A stretch of DNA of 64,000 nt from a virus. Lineage: Duplodnaviria; Heunggongvirae; Uroviricota; Caudoviricetes. A program made the position numbers and the translations under genes. This document shows, in pieces, positions 1-9,395 of this stretch; within the stretch, counting starts at the first letter, position 1; every line of letters starts with the position of its first letter. Below the pieces are notes generated by a model. The model was not told the origin of the DNA, made no database searches, and was given only the letters and a program-made list of their open reading frames with translations. The stretch covers positions 64,001-128,000 of the IMG/VR virus record IMGVR_UViG_3300021255_000128; one strand, given 5' to 3'.

Positions 1-327
1 CGTCTTCAGAAAATGAAAAATACTTTTCTGGATCGAGATCCAGATTCAATACATCGCCTTTTAGGTGAACAAATCGAAAAAGTAATGCATCTTGAGTGAG
101 CTAATGCAAGTGGAAAAGTAAAACTTTCTACATCAATGTGTGTAAAGGCTTTTCAGATGGTTTATATGGATAGTAGGTCTCCTTATTTTATAAAGGATAC
201 TGAAGAATGTAGTGTATTTAATTATTATAATGCGTTTACTCAACTTGTTACTGACGATAGCAAAGATATATTAGGAAAGTTTGAAAAAACTCTTCTAGTT
301 GACTCACTATTTAATTTAATTGATTAA
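1..327 (+). CDS. Partial hypothetical protein (5' truncated by window edge), possibly DUF932-like
   Basis: Frame is open from base 1 with one in-frame TGA (97-99) and ends in TAA overlapping the nrdD ATG (TAATG). The C-terminal SVFNYYNAFT loosely resembles the DUF932 C-terminus; weak. Confidence 0.55.
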
Positions 328-2498
328 TGCAAGTAATAAAAAGAAATGGAGAGAAACAAGAATTTGATTTCTCAAAAATTAAAAATGCAGTAAACAAAGC
401 ATTTAACGCGGTTCATAACGCAAACGCTCCTGATGAATTCATTGATTATTTAAACGCAGTTATTCAAACATTTAAAACCGATGTAACGGTTGAAGAGATT
501 CAAAACTTTGTTGAATACTCTTTAATGGGACAAGGTTGATTTGATGTTGCTAGAGCTTATATTGTTTATAGAGAAAAACATGATAATGTTAGACATTGAG
601 TGGAGGATAAAGAAAGTTTTATTAATATGTATAAAAATTCTTTTAATACCGCTGATGCTACAGTTGACGATAATTCGAATGTTGGAGGAAAGAATGTTGG
701 TATTTTAAATGCCGAAATTCATAAGCCAGATAATATTCAAATTTCACGTAAAATGATTATGGATAAACTTAAAGAACTTTATCCAGATTTTGATTCTAAA
801 CAATACGTCAGAGATCTAGAACATCATATTATTTATAAACATGATGAATCATCGTTTGCAGGAGCTATAGCACCATATTGTTGTAGTATTTCTATGTATC
901 CGTTTTTAACAGATGGTATTAAAAATCTTGGTGGACTTTCAGCAGCACCAAAAAATCTTGATTCTTTCTGTGGAATGTATATTAATTTGATATTTGCTAC
1001 TTCTGCAATGTTTGCTGGTGCTGTAGCAACATCCGAATTCCTTCTTTACTTTGATTATTTTGCAAGAAAAGAGTGGGGAGACGATTATTATCTTAAATGT
1101 AATAATAATATAACAACCGATGTTTGTAATAGACACAAAACCATCAAATCTCAGATAGAACAATATTTTCAGCAAGTAATTTACTCTATCAATCAGCCTG
1201 CAGCTGCTAGAGGACTTCAGAGTGCCTTCGTGAACTTTTCTTACTTTGATAAACCATTCTTTGAAGGAATGTTTGGTGATTTTACATTTCCTGATGGCTC
1301 TAAACCTATATGGGATTCACTATGTTGGTTACAGAAAGAGTTTATGCAATGGTTTAATGCTGAAAGACTGCGTTGTATATTAACATTTCCTGTAGAATCT
1401 GTTACACTACTCTATAAAGATGGTGAATTTGTAGATGAAGACATGTTCCAATTTGTATGTGATGAGTATGCAAGAGGACATTCTTTCTTTACATATATAA
1501 GTGATACGGTTGATAGTCTTTCGAGTTGTTGTCGTTTAAAGAACAAGATTCAAACTAAAGAGTTTAATTTTACAAACGGAAATATGGGTGTAATGACCGG
1601 TTCTAAATCTGTTATTACACTTAATTTAAATCGCATCATTCAAGACTGGAGTAATGCGATGTTAAAATTAAATCCTGAGTGAACTCAAGAAAGAGCAAGA
1701 GAGTCGTATCCGGATCTTTATGAATATTTAATAAGTATATTAGATAGAGTGTATAAATATCATACTGCTTATAATGAAGGTCTTTGGGATATGTATAATG
1801 CAGGTCTATTACCTGTTTATTCTGCAGGATTTATTTCACTTAACAAACAATATCTAACAATTGGTTTAAATGGCTTAAATCAAGCAGCAGAGTTTCTTGG
1901 AATTAAATGTAATGACAATAAAGATTATCAAGAGTTCTGTCAATTTATTTTTAGTACTGTAAAAGAACAAAATCAATTACATAAGACTGTAAAAACTACT
2001 TATAATACAGAACAAGTACCTGCAGAATCCTTGGCAGTTAAAAATTATAACTGAGATAAAGCCGATGGTTATTGGGTGCCTTCTGATACAAATCTGTATG
2101 CAAGTTATGTGTTTAAACCAAATGATCCAGATATATCTGTTCTTGAGAAACTAAGATTACATGGTTCTAACTATATTGGAGATTATCTAGATGGTGGTAG
2201 TGCTGCACATATTAATCTTGATAGCCATTTAACATCAGAACAATATCGTAAGCTTATTGAATATGCTGCAAAAGTAGGATGTCAGTATTTTACTTGGAAC
2301 ATTCCTAATTCTGAATGTCAGGATTGTGGTTGAATTGGCAAACAGCCTGTAACAAAATGTCCTAAATGTGGCTCAGAACACATTGATTATTATGATCGGG
2401 TAATTGGATATCTTACTAAAATAAAAGATTGATCTGAAGGACGTAGAATTGAACAAAGGTCGCGTGTTTATACTAAAGAACAAGATATACAATGTTAA
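327..2498 (+). CDS. nrdD: Anaerobic (class III) ribonucleoside-triphosphate reductase, 723 aa with TGA=Trp
   Basis: N-terminal ATP cone (MQVIKRNG..FDFSKI), SSCCRL, EQVPAESLAVK, Zn site CQDC..CPKC and glycyl-radical loop YDRVIGY. Six in-frame TGA (537, 597, 1680, 2052, 2331, 2430) join the ORF-track fragments; ends TAA at 2496-2498. Confidence 0.96.
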
Positions 2499-2989
2499 AA
2501 TACGTTGATACACAAATTGTCTTCTCAGAGATACCGGATGAAGTTACGTTAGCCATAAATATATCCGGATGTCCTAATCATTGTCCAGGATGTCATTCTA
2601 AATATCTCTGGGAAGACATTGGAGAACCATTAAACAAAGAATCAATTTTAGAACTAATTTCAGAAAATGAAGGAATAACTTGTGTTTGTTTAATGGGAGG
2701 AGACCAAGCACCTAATACTATTACGTGGCTTGCGTTATGTATAAAAGAAAAGTATCCTGATTTAAAGGTTGCTTGGTATTCTGGATTAGCAAAGATTCAT
2801 AAAGACATTGACACATCTTACTTTGATTATATTAAAATTGGACCTTATGTAGAAGATTTAGGTCCACTTAATAGTCTAACAACTAATCAAAGACTTTATT
2901 GTAAAGGAAAACATTTACATAAAATGGATGTAAGCAATGAAATGTTTTATGACATAACAGATAAATTTTGGAAAAATGGTACAGATTAA
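2492..2989 (+). CDS. nrdG: Anaerobic RNR activating protein (radical SAM)
   Basis: CPNHCPGC radical-SAM motif, VCLMGGD, KIGPY; directly downstream of nrdD. Confidence 0.95.
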   Translation: MLKYVDTQIVFSEIPDEVTLAINISGCPNHCPGCHSKYLWEDIGEPLNKESILELISENEGITCVCLMGGDQAPNTITWLALCIKEKYPDLKVAWYSGLAKIHKDIDTSYFDYIKIGPYVEDLGPLNSLTTNQRLYCKGKHLHKMDVSNEMFYDITDKFWKNGTD

Positions 2990-3287
2990 AACCTACGAAG
3001 ACCTAGAAAAAGTCAATTCGTTAAATAGTTTGTGCTTTTTAAAAATTGGTGCACCATGATGTGGACCATGTAAAGTTCTAAATAAAGTTATAAATGATGT
3101 TGAAAAAGAACATTCTGATATACTATTTTTAGAAATTAATGTTGACGATTGTGAAGAAGATTTAATAGATAAGTTTGGAGTTCGAAATATTCCTGTAACA
3201 ATTGTATTAAAAGACGGCCAAATACAATCAAAGGAAATTGGAATACAAACTCAAGCAGATATAGAAGATAGACTTTTATGCAAGTAA
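2976..3287 (+). CDS. trxA: Thioredoxin, 103 aa
   Basis: Absent from the ORF track. Reads GAP-W(TGA 3057-3059)-CGPCK, the canonical WCGPC site, and has the FGVRNIP cis-Pro motif. Confidence 0.92.
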
Positions 3288-3496
3288 TTGTATTTGATAA
3301 ATTCTTTAAATGCGTTTATAGACTTCACAAGATTCCTCGGGATTGAAACTTTCTCCAGGTCGCAAAATTATTAGATTTACAACATCCGGCAAATGAATAT
3401 CAGGCCATAAGACTTATGGATGATGCTGAGTTTTGTATAGATGATTATGTATATGAAGATGAAAAGTTAAAACTAACAGACTCTAATTGTAAATAA
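3278..3496 (+). CDS. Hypothetical protein, 72 aa (one TGA)
   Basis: ATG 3278 to TAA 3494-3496 fills the gap between thioredoxin and dut. Confidence 0.6.
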
Positions 3497-3497
3497 T

Positions 3498-3935
3498 ATG
3501 ATTGATGTAAAAATTAAAAAGTTGGATGAGCGTGCTATAATTCCAGAATATAAAACAGAGTTAGCAGCGGGAATGGATCTATACGCTGTATTAGATCATA
3601 CAATTACACTAAGACCACTAGAAAGGACTCTTGTTAAAACAGGTTTATCAATAGCTCTTCCTGCTAGTTATGAGGCTCAAATTCGTCCAAGAAGTGGATT
3701 GGCTCTTAAACAAGGCATCACTGTTCTTAATACACCTGGAACAATAGATGCCGATTATAGAGGTGAAATTGGAGTGATTTTAATCAACCTATCTGATACT
3801 CCTGTTGAAATTCATCCTATGGATCGTATTGCACAAATGATTATTGCTAAACACGAAACTGCAAACTTTATAGAAGTTGATCAATTATCAGATACAGAAC
3901 GTGGTTCTGGTGGATTCGGATCGACTGGAGTATAA
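3498..3935 (+). CDS. dut: Trimeric dUTPase
   Basis: Motifs [25 protein letters not shown] and [10 protein letters not shown]. Confidence 0.97.
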   Translation: MIDVKIKKLDERAIIPEYKTELAAGMDLYAVLDHTITLRPLERTLVKTGLSIALPASYEAQIRPRSGLALKQGITVLNTPGTIDADYRGEIGVILINLSDTPVEIHPMDRIAQMIIAKHETANFIEVDQLSDTERGSGGFGSTGV

Positions 3936-3941
3936 AATAAT

Positions 3942-4232
3942 ATGCCTGCAGTACAAAACAAAAAACTAGTATCTCCTAAGTTTATAAAATGAGCAATTGA
4001 AAATTCTAAATTTTGATCTGGAAAGATCGAAAACGATGTTTATTTAACAGAGTATAAATTACATGTTAAATGATTTGAATTGCGATATAAAAATATAATA
4101 ATTGTATTACGAGGAGATTGAAAGAACGAAGATTATTCTGGTGGAAGCATTCAGTTAATCTTTTTAGATGCACCAAAAGAAGATAATGAATATGATCTTT
4201 ATTCTCCTAATATTATAGCTAAAATAAATAAA
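3942..4232 (+). CDS. Hypothetical protein, 96 aa (four TGA)
   Basis: Open from ATG 3942 to TAA 4230-4232 only when TGA is read as sense; fills an otherwise empty 370-bp gap. Confidence 0.6.
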
Positions 4233-4308
4233 AGTTGTTTTAACTCTTTATGAAAGTTAGCTGATATAAGAGAGCCAGTAGTGCCAAAACCTGGAGAAAT
4301 GTGAATAA

Positions 4309-5493
4309 ATGATACAACTTAATGATACAGTTATTGCAAGAGATGCTAAAGGTAAAATTAGAGTTACCAAAATCTCTTGCGAATTTGAAGAATCGATTCA
4401 TGCTTATGCTATAGAAAGACAAAGTGGTCTTCTTGGTGGTAAAATGGTTATTGCTCCAATAATTACTGTTGATCGCGGTAAGGCCAAGCGGAGTTTAGAT
4501 GAACAAGCATTATTACAATATAATAGTGAACTTAAAAAATATCTCGATAAAGGTTATAAAAACATTAAAGATCTTGGAATAGAACATCTTACTCTAGAAA
4601 CTGCTGAGGAAGCATTACCTGAAACCAATACTGATCAAAACGGTTCAATTAAACCAATGCTCTGTAAAGTAATGGATAGAACTAAAACATCTCAAACCGA
4701 CAAACAATGATTGGCAAGCTACAAACACGACGGGGTGAGAGCTCTACTCTTTTTAAAAGATGGAGAAGTTCATACAGCTTCTAGAGGTGGACAAGATTAT
4801 GATATTCCTGCCACATATATTCGTCAAGATCCATATGTAATTCAGATATTCAAAGATAACCCAGACTTAATATTAGATGGAGAAATCTACAGACATTTGT
4901 GGAATCTTCAGACAATCAGCGGACTATGTAGACGTGAAGAACTTGTTGAAGAACATAAAGAATTGGTATTTCATTGTTATGATATCGTTGATACTACGCT
5001 TCCGTTTAAAATTCGTGCACAAAAACTTGGAATGCTCAATGATTCCAGACCAGATAATTCCAGAATTATATTTGTGGAACATCGACCAGTGAAAGGATTA
5101 GATCAAATCATGCAAATGCACGATGAAGCTATTGCAGCAGGATACGAAGGACTTGTAGTACGTGATCCAGAAAAAGAATATAAACCTGGTGCTCGTGATA
5201 ATAGAATGATGAAAATAAAATTGTTTACTGATTCGGAATTTCGAATTGTTGGACTTGTTGAAGGTCTTCGCGATGAAGATATGTGTTTCTTGATGGAAAC
5301 AGAAGACGGTACACAATTTAAAGCAAAACCTATTGGTGATAGAGCACAAAAACAATGATATCGAGATCATTTAAATGAAATAATTGGTAAAATGGGAACT
5401 GTTAAATATTTTGGAATGACTAATTCTGAACACCCTGTTCCAAACCTTCCTTCTTTTAGGACAGTTCGATGGGAATCAGATCTTGATAATTAA
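4309..5493 (+). CDS. lig: ATP-dependent DNA ligase, 394 aa
   Basis: W(TGA)LASYKHDGVR adenylation motif, LDGEIY, YEGLVVR, MMKIK and a C-terminal OB domain. TGA at 4708 and 5356; ends TAA. Confidence 0.93.
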
Positions 5494-5505
5494 TTAAATA
5501 AATAC

Positions 5506-5964
5506 ATGTTTATGAAATATACAGAAAAAGAAATTGAAGCTCTTAGAAATGATCCTTTTGTTAAATTAATGTCACTTCTTTTGGGTGATAAGGATGCTTT
5601 AGATAAAGCAATTAGAGAAGTTGAGAACGAAAGCTCTGAAAAAGAAGAACCAGCTTCTATTCCAGATACACACTGTTCTTTTATATATAATGGTCCGACT
5701 CCTATTGTAAGTAAAGAAACTTATGATAGGCTTGTTGATCAAGTCTTCTTATATAAAAAGAATGTTATAAGCTTGCATGCGCTTGGATTTGACTTTGAGC
5801 CTAGTGTGATGCAAAATATAAATCATCCTTTACTTAATATGATTTCTTTACTATTAACTTCTATCTGGAGTAACGATTTTGCTTCAAGTTTTATTAATCT
5901 TATATTTGATGATAAGGCTTGTAGGAATGATTTTGAAGGACTTTATAAGATGTATTGTGAATAA
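5506..5964 (+). CDS. Hypothetical protein
   Basis: 152-aa ORF in the ORF track, in operon context. Confidence 0.65.
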   Translation: MFMKYTEKEIEALRNDPFVKLMSLLLGDKDALDKAIREVENESSEKEEPASIPDTHCSFIYNGPTPIVSKETYDRLVDQVFLYKKNVISLHALGFDFEPSVMQNINHPLLNMISLLLTSIWSNDFASSFINLIFDDKACRNDFEGLYKMYCE

Positions 5965-6388
5965 ACAAGAATTTATTATACTCATTGATGGAGCAATTCG
6001 ACAAGAAATGCTTCTTGGAATAGCAAGAGATGAACATAGACTTCAAGGTTTAAGAAACATTAAGTCTGATTTCAATTACATCTCTTCTAATAATCCAGGT
6101 TTGGAAACAATAGAAATTCTAAAAAGACTTTATAAAGAAAGAGAAGAGAATACAAACCTGTATGCAAATAGTGATCGTAGAGATTTATGGTTACAAGAAA
6201 ACACCGAGAAGAACATTCTTCAAAAGTGGCTTCCAAAAGAACCCGCTAAAGAGGAGGTAATAAGCTTCCTTAATTCACTTACTGAGATTCCAAAGACAAA
6301 AAGTTCTTTTAAGAAATTTCAGGATGCTTGTTCCGAAAGATTCGGACAAAAGATTGATTCCAAAATTATATTGGAATTTCTTTCATAA
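5957..6388 (+). CDS. YqeY/GatB-like tRNA-binding domain protein, about 143 aa
   Basis: Pattern RLQGLRNIKS..IEILKRLYKEREE..LY..R.DL..E..E..IL.KWLPK..EE matches the YqeY helical family. GTG 5957 start is preferred over 5879 on length grounds. Confidence 0.7.
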   Translation: MNKQEFIILIDGAIRQEMLLGIARDEHRLQGLRNIKSDFNYISSNNPGLETIEILKRLYKEREENTNLYANSDRRDLWLQENTEKNILQKWLPKEPAKEEVISFLNSLTEIPKTKSSFKKFQDACSERFGQKIDSKIILEFLS

Positions 6389-6400
6389 AATTGAAAATTT

Positions 6401-6456
6401 ACGGGTTCTTTTACCATTAGATGTCCATATAGATATCTTCTGGTAGGGGAACCCGT
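6401..6456 (+). other. Long intergenic RNA hairpin (16 bp + 2x2 internal loop + 7 bp)
   Basis: acgggttcttttacca pairs with tggtaggggaacccgt and agatgtc with gatatct. The G-U pairs indicate the + strand RNA is the folded one. No U-tract follows. Confidence 0.7.
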
Positions 6457-6497
6457 TTAGTATATTTAACCTATAAAAATTTGGTTTATTTTCAATT

Positions 6498-7913
6498 ATG
6501 AAACTTATTATTTCAAAAAACGCAAATATTAATTATTTAGCGAAAGTAGTGGAATTAAAAGACTTCCATGATCATCCAGATCCAGAAGTTACTAAATTAA
6601 AATGCACATATGTTGACGGATATAATATCATTGTTGGTATTGACTCTCAGCCCGGTAAATATGTATATTTCCCGACCAGCTCTTGTATCAATCCACAATT
6701 TCTTAGCTTTGCTAACCTCTATCGTCATGGACAACTCAATGCCAATCCAGAACAGACTGGAATGTTTGAAGATAATGGCAGGGTTAAAGCAATTAAACTA
6801 AGAGGTTGTATTTCTGAAGGTTTTCTTTTGCCTTTACAAACGTTATTAAATTGGATTATTGATTCTGTAAACATTAATATCGAAGAATCAGATATTGAAA
6901 ATAATACTGAATTTGATACAGTTGAACATAACGGTAAATCCTTTTGGATTTGTAAGAAATACATTGTTCCAATCCAAACTACTTCTATAAAACAAACTCA
7001 CTATGATCGTAGACAAAAAGGCCTTAGACGATTTAATCGTATTATAGACACACAGTTCCGCTTTCATTACGACACAATTTTAATTAAGAAAATTCCTAAT
7101 GCAATTAAACCTGAGGATTTAATACATATGTCGTATAAAATACATGGAACGAGTGGAATCTCTGCTTATGTATTAACTAAGAAACCTTTGAGTAAGTTTA
7201 ATAGAATATTGAATTGGATTGGAGGTAAAGGATTTAACGAGTGGGAATCAGTTTATGATTATATCTATTCCTCTCGAACTGTAATAAAGAATGCAAATTA
7301 TAATCCAGCTGTTAAGGATGGATATTACGGTTGTGATGTATGGTCAGAAGCAGATAAATATGTAAGACCTTATCTAATCAAAGGAATGACACTTTATTAT
7401 GAGATTGTTGGATTCTTACCCTCCGGTGGATATATACAAAAGAACTACGATTATGGATGTGTTCCTCCAACAAAACCCGATGAATATATTCCAGAAAAAC
7501 ATTTTAAAGTAAGGATTTATCGTATTACACTTACCAATCCTGACGGAATAGTTCATGAATTTTCTCCTAGAGAAGTTCAGATTTGGTGTGAAACTCATAA
7601 TTTAATTCCTGTTGAAGAGTGCTATTATGGATTTGCTGGAAATCTTTATCCAGAGCTTTATCAAGATGTAAATGGACAACCAGTGTATCCAGAAAATTGG
7701 TTCGAACAATTCCTTGAAAAACTTGCTAATGATCCGGAATTCTATATGGAAAAGAATTCACCACATTGTAAGAATAAAGTTCCTCATGAGGGATTAGTAA
7801 TAAAGATAGATAACATGCGTTCAGCTGCCTTTAAACTTAAATGTTTTGCATTTTTAAATAAGGAACAAGCTTTACTTGACGCAGGTGAAGGAAATATTGA
7901 GGATGAAAGTTAA
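6498..7913 (+). CDS. RNA ligase (Rnl2/DRB0094-like) with N-terminal OB-fold-like extension, 471 aa
   Basis: Nucleotidyltransferase motifs YKIHGTS, YYEIVG, EGLVIK and FKLK. The N-terminal DHPD..KL..YVDG..RVKAIKLRG.ISEG segment is typical of DRB0094-type ligases. Confidence 0.85.
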   Translation: MKLIISKNANINYLAKVVELKDFHDHPDPEVTKLKCTYVDGYNIIVGIDSQPGKYVYFPTSSCINPQFLSFANLYRHGQLNANPEQTGMFEDNGRVKAIKLRGCISEGFLLPLQTLLNWIIDSVNINIEESDIENNTEFDTVEHNGKSFWICKKYIVPIQTTSIKQTHYDRRQKGLRRFNRIIDTQFRFHYDTILIKKIPNAIKPEDLIHMSYKIHGTSGISAYVLTKKPLSKFNRILNWIGGKGFNEWESVYDYIYSSRTVIKNANYNPAVKDGYYGCDVWSEADKYVRPYLIKGMTLYYEIVGFLPSGGYIQKNYDYGCVPPTKPDEYIPEKHFKVRIYRITLTNPDGIVHEFSPREVQIWCETHNLIPVEECYYGFAGNLYPELYQDVNGQPVYPENWFEQFLEKLANDPEFYMEKNSPHCKNKVPHEGLVIKIDNMRSAAFKLKCFAFLNKEQALLDAGEGNIEDES

Positions 7914-8542
7914 TGGATATACAACAATTAATAGAAGATAAAAATGTATTGTACATTTATGAGATAGGATTGCAGATACATGGATTATTTACTAATTCTG
8001 ACGATAGGGATTTTCTACTAATTGTATCTGATGATTACATTCCATCAGAAGAACTTAAAAATGATGAACATTTCCAACTTTATTATATTTCAGATTGGTT
8101 TAATAAAGTGTTAGCAAATGAAATGATTGCTTGGGAATGTGCATGTCTTCCAAAGAAATATGTTCTTAAAGAACATGTAAAGTTATTATTGCAAACAAAT
8201 CCTCTACAACTTCGTAAAGAATTTGACTCTATTTATGATTATGTAATAGCTTCGGCAAAAGCACATATACTAAAAGGAAATTCATTAACTGGTCAAAAAC
8301 AGTTGTGAGAATTAGTAAAGTATTTAAAATTTGCAAATCAAATTATAGAAAATCATAAAATTGTAAATTTTAAAGAGGTTGCAGAAGATTATCGTCAAAT
8401 TGTTAATGGACTTACAGATGATTTAGAAACAATAATGGATACATTTAATGAAAAATTATATTATCCGTTACAATTGTTTAAAAAGTATACAGACGGTCCA
8501 TTAAAAGCAAGTAAAATTAAAAAGATTGTACAAAATGACTAA
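7913..8542 (+). CDS. Nucleotidyltransferase-like protein (Pol beta superfamily, degenerate motif), 209 aa
   Basis: EIGLQIHG...SDDRDF resembles hG[GS]x9-13Dh[DE]. One TGA (8306); ends TAA 8540-8542. Confidence 0.55.
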
Positions 8543-8976
8543 TTCTAATGCAAAAGGAGCTCCTGCAATGTTAATATTGCAGGGGCTCCCGTAAACTAGC
8601 TTCTGGAAAATCAACTTTTGCACGTGAGTTTATAAAAGATAAAAAGGATTGAATTATTGTTAATCGTGACTCTATTAGAAGAATGTTTGGAGACTATTGG
8701 ATGGTATCAAGAGAAACTCTTGTAAAAGATAGTGAATATGCAATAATTCTTATTGCATTAACTTCTAAATGGAATGTTATCATTGATGATACAAATCTTA
8801 ATCCAAAATATATTTCTGACTTAACAAACATTGCAAAGAAAACTGGAGCAAAAATAGAATTTAAAAAATTTATTGTACCATTAGATGAATTACTAAAAAG
8901 AGATGCTAACAGGGAAAATCCTGTTGGTGAAGACGTAATTCGTAAATTTTGGGAAAAATATAATGAACGAATATAA
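8535..8976 (+). pseudogene. Polynucleotide kinase / AAA_33 P-loop kinase interrupted by a 7-nt insertion (pseudogene or recoded gene)
   Basis: MLILQGLP then TAA (8592-8594); ASGKSTFARE..W(TGA)IIVNRDSIRRM..VIIDDTNL..RDANR resumes at 8599 in the +1 frame. Start is ATG 8535 or 8568. Confidence 0.75.
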
Positions 8977-9109
8977 TTTCAGAGTATTTATTGAAAATCG
9001 AGTTGAAATAAATACTACATTTCACGCTAAAAATGAAAAAGAAGCTTGAATAATGGTAAGACGTCAATATCCATCTGCAAAAGGATTTAAATACGAATTA
9101 TTAAAATAA
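8963..9109 (+). CDS. Small hypothetical protein, 48 aa (one TGA)
   Basis: ATG 8963 to TAA 9107-9109 fills the intergenic gap. Confidence 0.5.
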
Positions 9110-9110
9110 T

Positions 9111-9395
9111 ATGTTATTTCAAAAGAGAAAAATTAAAGAACATTTAAGCAAAGGTCTTAAAGAAATCGATTTATCAAATTATCCATTTGGTAAAGTGAGA
9201 GAGGTACTTGAAGAATTAGGATATCGATTTAGTGATAGTAAATATGAATTCGTTGAGTTGGATGATTGGGTCAATGGTTGGCAACTTGATTATTGGGCTT
9301 ATATTTTTAAAGACGAAGAATATACTGGTTACTTAATTGAAGGTTCATTCTGGTACGGAACATGTAAAATTGTTTATTATGGCTTATGTGACTAA
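9111..9395 (+). CDS. Hypothetical protein
   Basis: 94-aa ORF, Trp-rich (all TGG). Confidence 0.65.
   Translation: MLFQKRKIKEHLSKGLKEIDLSNYPFGKVREVLEELGYRFSDSKYEFVELDDWVNGWQLDYWAYIFKDEEYTGYLIEGSFWYGTCKIVYYGLCD

Noticed and set aside
4250-4312. 20-codon ORF ending in a TGA that overlaps the ligase ATG (possible third ATGA fossil)
   Set aside because: It is too short, has no supporting motif and no nearby backup stop, and is likely chance.
8593-8606. Complementarity between the PNK downstream sequence CUUCUGG and CUAGAAG near the 5' end of MCP intron 2, suggesting trans excision-splicing of the 7-nt insert
   Set aside because: A 7-bp match with a wobble is expected by chance, and none of the four introns has a guide sequence that pairs with the PNK 5' exon (CUCCCGU).
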